Source of the DNA: Isurus oxyrinchus
Taxonomy: Eukaryota
Direction: 5' to 3'
DNA: 64,000 nucleotides
Assembly: GCA_026770705.1 (NCBI GenBank)
Contig: JANJGN010000026.1
Span: forward strand, 3,162,001-3,226,000
The notes under the pieces are model-generated. The model saw only the letters and a program-made list of their open reading frames with translations, had not been told where the DNA came from and ran no database searches. This document shows, one piece after another, positions 38,682 to 51,202 of this stretch; position 1 is the stretch's first letter; the number at the start of each line of letters is the position of its first letter. A program made the position numbers and the translations under genes.

Positions 38682-40989
38682 TCACGCCCACCTCAAAGTG
38701 CCCCTGCCTGTGTGATCCCCGCCTCACTGGGCCTGACTGCAGTCTCAACCACACGGCTGCAGCAGAGTGTTCTCTTTCATAGGATGAACCTAACATCAAT
38801 GTTCCCTTCCCCAGATGTATCTCGCCATTGTCACAGCCCAATCCACACTGCTGCACCGTGACTGCCTTGACTCACCAGTGCCTCTCGCATACTGAAACAC
38901 TCAGCCGCACATCACAGGTACCACTCCCAGTTTGAACCACCAGGAAGATCCCTGTCCCAGGCTGCAGCAAAGATTCTCCACCTCAGCAGCCCCGGCCCTT
39001 GACTGGAGCAGATTTTTTTTCACATCACCAGTCCAGACTGGACCGCACTGTATCTCCTCACCAGTCCCTACCCCAAGATATCACAAACACTCTCCATCTC
39101 ACTGGTCACTGCCTTTGACTGAACTCGACTTCCTCAAATCACCAGTTGCTGACCTAGTGTGAACAACATGGCCAAACCTCTCTGGCGCCTGCAGCAGAAT
39201 AGAGCAACTTTCCGGTCGATAGGCCAGGAAGCAACATCCGCCGCCCAGCTTACCAAAACTTAAAGGCAGTGTTAAAGTGCTGGAAAGACGACATTTAGCC
39301 TCCATCCCCAGTAACCCAGAAAAAAGCGGTGCCGAGGGAAGCAATATACAATGCTGTGAACCCATTCAATAGGGCTTAAGATTCAATTGGATGTATTTTA
39401 CTGCAGACACATAGAGGAGAAACTGACTAGGGAACGTCCGTTCAGACCACTGCAGGCAATTAATCAACCAACTGATACTAGTCACAGATGTTTTCTTTAT
39501 AAATATTTTACCAAAGCAGACCTACACGTTTCCAGAATTATTGACATGACCTTTTCAAATGTGTGTCATATAATTTGTCCTAGCTGCATCTGAATTATTC
39601 TTCCCCGATATTAATAACGTGTACAATAAGGATTCTGTATAATTTAATAGCGTCCTCATTTTCACGCATAAACTTACTGAGTTCACTGCTAGTTAGCTTC
39701 TGTAATGAGGTTGTAGCATTGCGGTGGCAGTGTTTTTTGAAGGCACAAATCCGTAACTTTTCATTTATAATGTTGCTCCAAATACTATGATCCTTTCCCC
39801 ATACACAATTTTTCAGCCAGTTCTCGCTTTTTGTCAGAACATTGGCTCTACCAAAATGGAAAGCCAGCCTGGCCTGCATGGCTGCCACCGTGAAGTGCAT
39901 TCCTCTTCATTACAGTGTAAGTGAGTGTTTAATTGAAGCCTGCCATTCCAAATCCATCGGTCCATGCCTCCCTCACCTGCCCGTAATATTGAGTAACTTT
40001 TGCATGCGTCATTCATGGCACTAATTGTAATGTCAGTGAGATTCAACAGCGGCGCCAACCCTCAACCTAGTATCACAGTCCCAGTTACTTCCGCTCCTTA
40101 TGATACGTTTTTTTGGACAGAACGGAAATGTTACCTGTGTTGGGAAGATCCAATTATTTCCTGAAGATACCTTCGCTTATAATGAACACTGGTTGTAACT
40201 TATAACCGGTAAAACTTCGGCGCCTGATTGAACACACACCCCTTTCTGGCATTGGGCTTTTCATCGAAACAGGCACCCCAGAGCAGCACAAACAGAGTGC
40301 TGTAGTGCCCCTTAACTTTGTGATAAGGTGTTAAACTGAGGGCTAATTCAAAGTGGATCTACAATTCCCCATGGCGGAAGGTTGGATGTTTATCTTCACC
40401 ACCTAACAGAACATAACTTGTTATTCCTTAGAAATCCTACACCATTGACTCAAGAGAGATAGGTAAATATGTTTAAAGAGGCTACTTGAAAACATGTGCA
40501 TGTGGCAAATTCAGTGACACTGGCATGAGTTCACCCTGAGAACAAAACACTTACAATATTATCGACGGAGTTTACAATATCCGCAATAACTTCATCCTGA
40601 TTGTACCTGTAATTCTTTCTTCCTGACAGCAGCAACGACATTGCTGACCAGAGTCTGAAGATCACAGAGAACTCTGCACTTTTCTGGAATGTATTGCCGT
40701 TCAGTATGATTTCATTCAGTGTGCACATTAGTTTACGGTGAAATGCGAACCTGCTGAATGCATAATACGGTTAATTAGAGGCAGCAGTGTTGCTGGAGAG
40801 CTATACGATTCCAATTGTTGGAGAGAAAGGAGTTCAGTGATGAGTCGAAATCAGATTCGCAACAATTGGTGGGAAGAGTGGTGTGAAGGGTTGGAACAGA
40901 GTGCGGCAGTGAGATCCCACAGGCCACTTTGTCTTGGGCTGGTGGCATATTTATATGTTCCGGGGGGCTGGGAAATAAAAAAAAACAGA

Positions 40990-41335
40990 TAAATATATTA
41001 TTGCATTGGCATTGCGCTTTTCATGACCACCAGCCCCCTCAAAGCTCTCTGCAGGCACTGACACACTTTTGTAGCGTTATCCCTGTTGTAATGTTGGAAA
41101 TGTCACGGCCAATTTGCGCAGTGCAAGTGCCAAAAAAACAGCAATTTAACAATGGCAGTGTAACCTGACTTTGTGACGTTTATTGAGGGACAAATGTGGG
41201 CCAGGACAGCGGGGATACCTCGCCTCATCTTCTTTAAAATGGTGCCATGGGATCTTTTAACTTCCCCCGGGATGGCACATGAGGCCTTCATTTAATATTC
41301 ATCCTAAATATGGCACCTCAGACAGTATATCCTTT
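40990..41335 (-). mobile_element. Deu-domain SINE (SacSINE1/AmnSINE1-like) remnant
   Basis: gccaggacagcggggata...gtgccatgggatcttttaac...ggcacctcagacagt resembles the reverse-complement DeuSINE core as I recall it. Confidence 0.6.
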
Positions 41336-41379
41336 GCTCAGCTCTCAGATTGAGTGACAGGCGTTATGTTTGCTTTTGT

Positions 41380-41730
41380 TATTATTTCACGGGATGTGGG
41401 TGCTGCCGGAAAGGCCATCAATTGTTACCCACTCCTCATTTCCCTTGAACTGCGTGCTTGCTAAGCCATTGTTGTAGCTCTTGACTCACATGTAAATCAG
41501 GCTGGGAAAAGATGGCGGGTTTTATTTCCTGATGGACCTTCAGGAACCAAAAGTGTCTTCATGATAATCGCTGATAGTTGTCATGGTCACCATTACTGAG
41601 GCTAGCTTTCAGTTCCAGGCTGTGTTAATCGAATTTAACTTCCACCAGCTCCCAGGGTGAGATTTCAACCCAACATTGGCTTGGGCATCTGGGTTACTGG
41701 TCCAGTGAGATAACCAATATGTCACCATCT
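41380..41730 (-). mobile_element. tRNA-derived SINE (same family as 38388)
   Basis: Reverse complement of head (ctgggttactggtccagtgag) and tail (gggatgtggg). Confidence 0.7.
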
Positions 41731-41984
41731 CACCGTCAAGACCTGTACTCAAGAGGTGGATTAGGACATGAAACGGGGACCTTGTGACTGGGAGGCGAGA
41801 GCGCTCCAAACTGAATCATGGCCTGTGAAGCTTTGGAAAAGAATGCAGCAGCTTCTGGCCCTGCTCAACATCTTGCAAGGCGCTGAGGATTGGCCATGCA
41901 CATCGCTGCCAAAACACCACTAACAGCCCAAACGCTACTTACATCGAGCTCACAACTATTGAAATATATGAAATATAAACGGAC

Positions 41985-42846
41985 GATCTAGCATCCATGT
42001 CCAAATACTGCAAGCCCTGGAAAATATCTGGCCTTGGGCTGACAAGTGGCCCATAACAATCGCGCCACATAAGTGTCTGACAATATCCAGCCACAACAAG
42101 AGAGAACCTAATCATCGTTCTGTGGCATTTATTGGCATTGCCATCGATGAATTCCCCACTATCAACATTCTGATAATTACCATTGACCAGAAACTGAACT
42201 GGAGCAGCCATATTAATACTGTCGCTACACGGGCGGAACAGAGGCTAGGAAACCTGCGTGAGTAACTCGCCTCCTGACTCCGAAAGCCCTTACAGCATCT
42301 ACGAGACACAGGCCAGGAGAGTCATGGATCTTTCCCCCTTTGCCTGGAAGAGTTCAGCTTCGACAACACAAAATAGGCTTGACTCTATGCAGAACAGAGC
42401 AGCCCGCTTGATTGACAAACAATCCACAAACATCCACTCCCTCCAGCACCAACGCACAATAGCAGCAGTATGTACTACCTAGAAGATGCACTGCAGTAAT
42501 TCACCAAAGCTCCTTCGACAGTACATTCCTAACCTACTACCATTACCATCATGAAGGACAAGGGCAACAGACACATGGGAACACAATCACCTGGGACTTC
42601 CCCTCCAAATCAATCATCATTCTGACTTGGAAACATATCATCATTCCTTCACAGTCAATGGGTTAAAACCCTGGAACTGCACCCTCCCCCACTCCTTCAC
42701 CCCTAACAGCACTGTGGGGTTACCTGCACCAGATGGACTGCAGCGGTTCAAGAAAACAGCTCACCAACACCTTCCCAAGGCCAATTGCTGATGGGCAATA
42801 AATGCTGGCCTACTGAGCGATGCCCATATCTTATGAATGAAAAAAA
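41985..42846 (+). mobile_element. LINE 3' fragment (same family as 5234-8775)
   Basis: Matches ~8000-8775; ends gcccatatcttatgaatgaaaaaaa. Confidence 0.8.
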
Positions 42847-42961
42847 TGCAAGTTGAGAGGTAATGTTCGCCTGTTTGCTAACATTTGGTCATTTCGTATC
42901 AATTGGTCGTGAATGACCAGATTTTTTTCTCACTCCTGCAACAACACTAAATGTTGCCAAC

Positions 42962-43638
42962 ATCAATGTGTTGGCTTGCTGCATTGTTCCAGTGAAGCCC
43001 AACGCAAACTGGAGGAACAACACCTCATCTTCCGACTAGGCACCTTACAGCCTTCCGGTCTGAATATTGAGTTCAACAACTTTAGGTCGTGAGCTCCCTC
43101 CCCCATCCCCACCCCCTTTCTGTTTCCCCCTTTTTCCCTTTTTTTCTCTTCCCTATAAATTATATAGATTTTTCTTTTCCCACCTATTTCCATTATTTTT
43201 AAATATTTTAAAATCTTTTATGCTCCCCCCACCCCCACTAGAGCTGTACCTTGAGTGCCCTACCATCCATTCTTAATTAGCACATTCGTTTAGATAATAT
43301 CACCAACTTTAACTTTAACACCTATGTGTTCTTTTGTACCATTGTTGCTGACATCTTTTGATGATCTGCTTCTATCACTGCTTGTTTGTCTACACAAGCA
43401 CCTCTGTCTCTCTCTATCTCTCCGCCCCCCCCCCACACACACACCTTAAACCAGCTTATATTTCAACTTTTTCTTGGACTCGAAATCAAGTTCTGTCGAA
43501 GGGTCATGAGGACTCGAAACGTCAACTCTTTTCTTCTCCGCCGATGCTGCCAGACCTGCTGAGTTTTTCCAGGTAATTCTGTTTTTGTTTTGGATTTCCA
43601 GCATCCGCAGTTTTGTTTTGTTTTTATCAATGTGTTGG
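42962..43638 (+). mobile_element. 5'-truncated Penelope-like element (GIY-YIG C-terminus + 3' terminal repeat) with 13-bp TSD
   Basis: Uninterrupted VGLLHCSSEAQRKLEEQHLIFRLGTLQPSGLNIEFNNFRS* (42970-43092); flanking direct repeat atcaatgtgttgg at 42962-42974 and 43626-43638. Confidence 0.85.
43489..43527 (+). ncRNA. Minimal type I hammerhead-ribozyme-like motif in the Penelope terminal repeat
   Basis: Stem I AGTT/AACT; core CTGTCGA(A); stem II GGGTC-ATGAG-GACTC; GAAAC-GTC. A6 of the CUGANGA core is U. Confidence 0.55.
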
Positions 43639-43964
43639 GTTTGGATTATGGGAACAGACATCCCAGTTGATTAATACTTCTTTCCACAAATATGCTCAAT
43701 AACGTGTATGCGAGCCCTTCTCGAATATCTCTACATCCAAAATAACAAAACATTTTATCTACTCAGTGTCTGCAAGGTGAATAACTCTATCCACTAGCAC
43801 TCGACACCAAGTACAAACAGCACACATTCATTCCTGCCGCAGTTGCAGTACTAACACTTCACACTGAGGAGCTCAGGGGTTAAAATACAACTCCAGAAGC
43901 TTCAGCACTTTTTCTAGACTGACGATCCATTGCAGTACTGAGGGATTGCAAACTTTCCGATCAG

Positions 43965-44960
43965 AAGGAATTTCTTCTCTCAGAGGGTGGTTAATCTGTG
44001 GAAGATTTTTAACCAGTAAGGGAATCAAGGACTATGGAGAAAAGGCAGGGAATGCATTTGAGGATTATCAGATCGGCCATGATCTCATTGAATGATGGAA
44101 CAGACTCGATGAACCGAACGGCCTATACCTGCTGCTACGTCGTATGGAAGTGAAGCAAAGGCCTATTAACCCTCGTTAGTCATTCTGTCCATTAAGTCTA
44201 AGCCCACTTTCCATGGAGCAATGCAATCCCATTTCTCCCTTTATCCACTTAATACTACAGCTTAAATTATTTCAAGTCCCCATTGACTTTCCTTTTGAAA
44301 TCATCATTGGTCCCTGCTTCCAGCACCATTGTGGGCAGTGGGTTCAGGCCCTTGCCACTCGCTGCATTGCAAACATAATGTGTTCCTATCATTTCTCCTG
44401 CGTCTTTTGCCCAAAACCTTGAACTTCTGCCTGATAGTTCCTTTCCCATCAAATAATCTGGAAAAGCCCTGGCCTGCCGCCTCCAAACATGCTATAATTT
44501 TTCACAATGGTATCCCTTCTCAATCTTCTAGGTGCCAAGAACCCCAATTTCCCGAACCTAAACTTGTGGCTAACATCCTTCAACCCCGCCCCCGCCCCCC
44601 ACCCACCCCCCACTCCCCAGCCCTAAATCCCTGCAATCTTCCTGGTAAATCCTCTATGCACCTTCTCAGGGACCATGAAATTCTTGCTAACATGTGATGG
44701 CTGGAACTCGATGCTATATTTTAGTTGTGGTCCAACAAGATCTGTGCAATTTCCATGTTTCTGAACACAATGTTTCTCTTTCTGAATGTCAAGATCCCAT
44801 TGCTTCGCAATGCAATTCAGTCTCTCAGTAAGTCATGTTACCTTCAAAGGCTAATGCACATGCACCCTCAGGACCCTCTGCCCCTGCGCACTATTGAGAA
44901 CTTCGCCACGGTATTGATATTGCATTTCCCTACCTCTTCTGCCTAAACACATTCCCCTAC
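43965..44960. mobile_element. Degenerate CR1 fragments (3' end on + at ~43965-44150; - strand remnant ~44150-44960)
   Basis: aggaatttcttctctcagagggtggttaatctgtgg...atcggccatgatctcattgaatgatggaacagactcgatg is a CR1-type 3' end. Confidence 0.6.
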
Positions 44961-45352
44961 ATTTCCGCTTGCTGCTTTTATCAAATGCTGGGCAGGAATA
45001 ATTTCAGAATCAACAACTTGCACACTGTTCTCAACATTAATAAACACTGCACTAATCTATCTGATTTGTTAATTGAATTTAAAGTGCACCAGCTGCTATG
45101 TTGCAATTTGAACCAATGTCCCCAGAGCATAAGCCTGAGCCTCTGGTTTATCAGTCAAGTGAGTTTACCATTACTGCAGTGCCTATCTCCCCGGCCCACC
45201 AAAAGTCCATTATATTATGCCATCGCAGTAAGAAATAGGGAGGCATTCCATGCTAGTTAATAAAATTTCCATTCACAGATTTCTTTATTTGTCACTTTCA
45301 CAGAATAATATAATCATGGAATTCTAAATCCTCCAATCTCACGTACGCCAGT

Positions 45353-45388
<36 letters not shown>
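45353..45388. repeat. (TC)n microsatellite
   Basis: Direct observation. Confidence 0.9.
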
Positions 45389-48300
45389 AAAGATATTCAA
45401 GAATTTCCACTTACCTCCACTTTACCGACACCTCTGCAAATATTATTTTCTAATTATATATCCAGTTTTCATTTGAATCATACTGTTGCATCTGCTTGCA
45501 CTACCATTTCAATCCAAACCACAGCACACTATATAACAAAAATAATTTGGCCCCTTGCTCTCTGTTTCTTTACCATTTATTTTGAATTTGCGTTCCAACA
45601 TTACTTACCCTCTTGCAAGTGAAGCGCTTAATCTTTTTCGAGCCTATCCAAAGCTCTAATCATTTTGAGCATCTTGATTAAATCTCCTTGTAACCTTTTT
45701 TATAAGAAGAACAGGCACAGGTTTCCTAATCTCCCCACAAAATTGAAATCCATAACCGTTGTTAAATCTCAGTTTCGAAACATTGATATTGTTCCTAAAT
45801 TGTGTACCTGGAATGAAATGCAAAACTGCAGCGGATGCATAATCATTGATTGATAAAAAAGTTAGTGGAAATTCTGCTGTGATCTATAACTATTAATAAA
45901 ACCAAAGATCGCTTTTACCCTATGAACAAACTCCTCACCTTGTGACTGTTCTTTAAATATTTACCTCCGTGAATCCCTGGACCACTTCTTCCTGTCCCCT
46001 CTTCAAATTGTATCCCCGCATGTTACACCCTATTTTGTAGCACAACATTCCGCCAAAGCAGCCCCTTGGTAGAAAATAGTGTTTGTGTCATCAGCCGATT
46101 GTGTCATTAATAGTCATCTTCACCTTCTTGGAGATTTCAGGCGTGACATTGTTCCATTGCACCTTTCGGTACTTCCTGCTTGCCGTCCATCTGTGCGAAC
46201 CTGCTCCAAATTTACATGGTTCACAAGAAAGCGGCACAGAAATATCAGTGTGAGTTGCAGGTGTTAAAACTACTGGACATTGGGCGGCTTCGCCCCCAAT
46301 TTACATATTTTAAGTTTTTTTTCAATACCAGCAGAAAATCAGTAATAAATACTTAGTCGTAAGTTCCGCCTTGCCTTAAAAATGATAATATAGACTTGTT
46401 CGATCAACTCAGCTGAAGTGAGATTAATTAATAGACAGTAACAATAGTTGTTAATATGTGGGTTTACTTGCGTGTCTGTAAGCAAATATAATCATTTATG
46501 ACCTAACCTTTAGGTGGAAAACGCCATCAGTATGCTGAAAAATAGTGTTCAGTTCCCCGAATGCAAGGTACTCACCCGTAACTGAGCACGGATAAGCAGC
46601 CATCTGGCTCATCTCGGTAAATTGTCACGTAGAGCAGAACAATACAAGGGCTGCTATCGATAAGAGATTGAATTAAAATTTCTGATTCTATTGTGATAAT
46701 TTATTGCAAATTCTTTGATCGATTTTCAAGTAACAAATATTTGAATCTTCATCAGGATGTGCTTCCTGCTAATCCGCTTTTAAGCGCTCGCATGTATTTC
46801 GTTCAGCTGTGAAATGTGTTATCCACTATCTTCAACTATTTTGCACAAATAAATTGCGGAACCGAGATGTTTACAATGTTATTTTTAGTTCTCTCCTCCA
46901 TATTTGGACCATGATGTCAACCTGTTTTGAGCGCAATTTCTGGCTGAGAACTTGTGTGAGAAACTGAATCAATATTCAATATTTGGTTTGCAACGTCAAT
47001 GTCCCAGATATGAGCAAAAACGTGCAAAAGCTGAGATAACTCCATCCCAGAGATAAGGGCACGACGTAGAGCAGTTTGCGATGTATGACATCGTCTTAAC
47101 CCGTCTCTACCTAAAGTCAACGGTATTTTAATAAATTGAGAGGAGTGTTCTGAAGGGTGGCTGAAGTGGGGGACAGATTATCATTACCAGTTTGCAAAAT
47201 GGAAAAGAGGAGATAATGGCAACTACATGAAAGGAAAAAGTCAGTTCCTTGTTTTAGTTCCTTATGATACTAGAGCTGCGGGTTATTAGTGACATCGGGG
47301 CGAACCCCGCCTGTGTGTTGCGGTGAAGGTCAACGGCAATGATTGGCTGAACTCAAGATTGCTCAATTCGTTGTGATATGTTTATGTATGTGCGTGTTTC
47401 TGTCTGTGTGTGTATTTATAGATGTGTGCGTGTGTGTGCGTGTGGAGTAATAACTGGTATTTACGTAAAATAATGTACTTCCATTTCTATAGCACCTTTC
47501 CCCACCGTATGACACTTGAAATCATTTCACAGGCATTGAGCACTAATTGTTTAGTCGCTGCAGTGTAAAGTGCACGTGTATAGGTAATGTTCACGCCTCA
47601 GCACTTAAGTTAAGCAATTGCATCGCCTTTCATTTGGACTTCCGTTCGTTGATTTGTGTTCCTGAAACAACATGCATAAATCAAAGGTGCATTGGAACTT
47701 GGGCACTGTAAGATTATCCCCGGGATTAGCACTAATTCGGGCTGTGATTGTAGCCGGTTCCTTACTTGGTCCTCACTTGAAAGCTGATTATTTCTTGTAG
47801 GAGATTTAAAGGCAGTGACCTCACATGGAACCTGAATCCAGCTAGAGTGATCGGACTTCAGAGAACATGAGGAACATATGATCTGGATTAATATGGTTGT
47901 TGACGTTGACGTTCGGGTTCCACGCACGGCACAAATTAACTTAAAATCCCAGACATACGTTAATTGGCTGGCGAATCGTTGTCAAGCGCCTCTTACCCAA
48001 ATGTCAGTAAAACTTCCCTGTCCAATGCGAAACCAACAAGGGGTGGCACTAGTTCTGGTGGGGAATTCGGGAAATTTAGACTTCGTGTCAATATGAAAAA
48101 AATAAGGGTATTCGTTATGTTAGGCATGCCTTTGCCAAGTGTGTCAATATAACAGTTACTGGAGTTAGTAATGACGAGGCTGATATCATTCAGCCAGACA
48201 GGAAACAAACGAAAAAATGAAAGAATTCTCTTGATTCACCTGTGCTTATAAACCCCAGCAAACTCTTGCACCATTTACAGATTTTACTTCCACATCCCTA

Positions 48301-49919
48301 CCAGACGATCATTCCATGGATTTCTTATTTTTTAGTATATAAAGGTTCTATCTAACATCAGTCCTAAACGCGCGCCTTTTACGAGTTTGTTCCTGGGTTT
48401 CATTGACATGCACTCAATTTAAATTGGCTCTCCGGCTTAATCTTTTCTGTTACGTTCGTAGATTCGCGTCATTCATAGGTCAATAAATTCAGAATTTTCT
48501 GATGTCTGTTAATATTCTGATCCTCTGACTGTAGAAATCTCCTCTGTCACGACGCCTGGCACCATTGCCAGCGCTTGGAACTTACTGTTGTATCACAACG
48601 ACCCGAGTTAAAATCTAGATTCAAAGCCTGGCCTGAAATGTTCAAGATGTCAGGTTAACTCAATAGGCTTAGAGGACTAGCCTACCAAGGTGGCGGGATG
48701 GATTAGAAAGCATTACTTTATCAAACAAGGCTCCGACTTCTACGAAATTTCCAGGAAACAGTGTTCACCTTCAGCACCAACCAAGATAGAATGGCTTGGG
48801 TGACGGAGAGGAATCAACCACTATTAACCACAATGGTAAGAAAATAGGAAGCATTTCTCTACCAAAGTGCCAATCTCGCATCCGATTTTCCGCCTTTGGC
48901 TGGCTGAATTATGCCCCATAATGTAAAGACACAAACTCGGCCCCTACTCCCATCCATTTCAGCTTCCTCATCATCCTCGAGGGAACGCATTCCATATCAT
49001 TATCTCAATATTAATTGCTCGTATTGTATTTAATTTATCCTAGTCTTATCCTAACTACCCCCCCAGTAATCTACTAATTGGGTGGTTAAATAATTTCCAA
49101 TACATTTCTTCTGCGATCTGGGCCAGCTTGCACTCCTTTCTGAATTTAGATCGCTTGAATAATGTAGGAAAATTGACCCCCATCCTTGGGCATCCCATCT
49201 TTTTTAACATTAAATGACAACCCTAACTAGTATTGAATACTTACCGTACTTCATCGAATTGCTACGCCATTTTCAACTTCTATCCATGACACTAATGAAT
49301 ATTATAGCTTAGGCAGGTGCAAAGTGGGCTGGCGAATCGTTGTCACTAGGTTTTTACCCAGCAGTCAATAAAACTTCCATCCCACAATTCTTTAATCCAC
49401 TGCTACAGCCTTTGATGTGGAACCTCATGGAAAGCTTCTGTTGAAACTAGGTGCACTTCATGACCAGGCTGTCCAACATCCACTGTTTGTGTAATTTCCT
49501 CACAAAATGTATTTAGCTGAGAAGATCTGCTATGACACATGAATCTATTACTAATAACTGTAAACTGGTACAAAACTGAGTCGAATTTTGCGTTACCATG
49601 TTCTTGAAAATTGTCATTAAACCACGTTTTCATTTTTCAATCCTGAAGTGTTTCCACGGATTCACTCATTATAGCATCTGCATTGGGAGCTACATCTTTC
49701 TTGCACTGAGTGCGATTGTGTGTGCAATGGCTCTCCCTAGAAACTTATTGCTTTGGGTATCTACAGCCTGTATAGAAAGCGACATAAAAATGACAAGGTC
49801 ATCATGATAGATTTAGAGGATATGTAGTGACTTGCACAAATGATGATTCAGTTAATTTTGTTCTTGGGTTTTGAAAGTGTTGAAAATCTGCAATATAACA
49901 GGCTTATCAGCAATGATAA

Positions 49920-50700
49920 TGCCTCTGTATAAAAGGCACAGTGACAGACTGGGTCTGAAGTTGGATGAGTGACAGATAAGAGGCAGCAGTGCTGAATGAT
50001 GACTTATTTTTCTAACTGGAGGAAAGCATACAACAGGGCTCTCCAGTAGCAGATATCAGGAGAACTTGTTTCCTTGATATATATTAAGGACGTGGATTAG
50101 GGTTTGCAAGGAAACAATTTCAAAATTGACACCTATTGCAAATCCTAGAAGTGTTGTAATCTTGTTAGAAGGATGGCCATCGATTTGAAGAGGACGTGGG
50201 CACACTGGTGGAATAGGTGGACAAGTGATAGATGTAACTTACTTTAGACAAGATTGAAGTGGTAATTTTTGGCAGGAAGAACGAGGCGAGGAAATGAAAA
50301 AATAAGGACACTTTCTTCCGGGGAATGAAGATACAGAGGGACCTGGGGATATATGTGCATAAAACAATTGATGCAACAGGACAAGTTGAAAATGTGGTTA
50401 AAAACGTATAGCTGATCCTGGCCTTCATAATTAGAAGCATATGGTGCAAAAACAAGTAGGTTGTCATAAGCCTTTGAAAAAAGGTTTGACAATAATTGGA
50501 ATATTATGCTCAGTTCTAGGATCTGCACATTCATAAGGATGAGGAGGCATTAGCTAGGGCACCGAAGCGATTTTGAAAAACGGTTCCAGAGATGAGATAG
50601 TTCCGTTGTACAAGTGGTTTGAAGAAACTGGGGCTGTTCAACTTGGAGAAAGGAAGGACGAGAGCAGATCTTATAGAAGGGTTCTATAGTATGGACAAAC
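49920..50700 (+). mobile_element. Highly degenerate CR1 ORF2 3' fragment
   Basis: Colinear with the RT C-terminal part of 22565-23799 (e.g. gagggacctggggatatatgtgcataaa). Confidence 0.65.
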
Positions 50701-51039
50701 TGAAATCTTTACGTGCGGGAGCGAAAAACAAATGAGTGCATTAGGGGGTATTCTTTCCATGAATCAAATGCAATGATTGTAACCAAATCATTATACAACG
50801 ATTTCAGTAAGACTGTTTCAAACTTGGGTATGTGGTAGAATACAAGAGCACAGAAGTGTGTTAGTAGAGAAACAAAGTAGATACATCCAGGAATGTGTTA
50901 TTTGGTGTTTTGAGCCTGCTCCGCAATTCTACAAGATCATGTACTTGTATATCAACTTCCCCCTCCATAATCTATCCACCAATTCTTTGATTCCATAGTG
51001 GAAAATATCTATCTTTCCCAAAATTCCTAACCTCAGCTT

Positions 51040-51202
51040 TTATTTATTCGTTCATGGGATTTTCGTGTTCCTGGCTAGGACATTATTTATTACCAATCCA
51101 AAGTTGCCCTTGAGAAGGTGGTGGTGAGCTGCCTTCCTAAACCACTGCAGTCCATGTGGTATAGGTGCACCCACAGTGATGTCAGGAAATGATTTCTACC
51201 CA
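51040..51202 (-). mobile_element. LINE 3' tail fragment, split by the CR1 insertion (continues at ~53743-53795)
   Basis: gttgcccttgagaaggtggtggtgagctgcc... resumes as gattttgacccagcgacagtgaagga. Confidence 0.7.
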
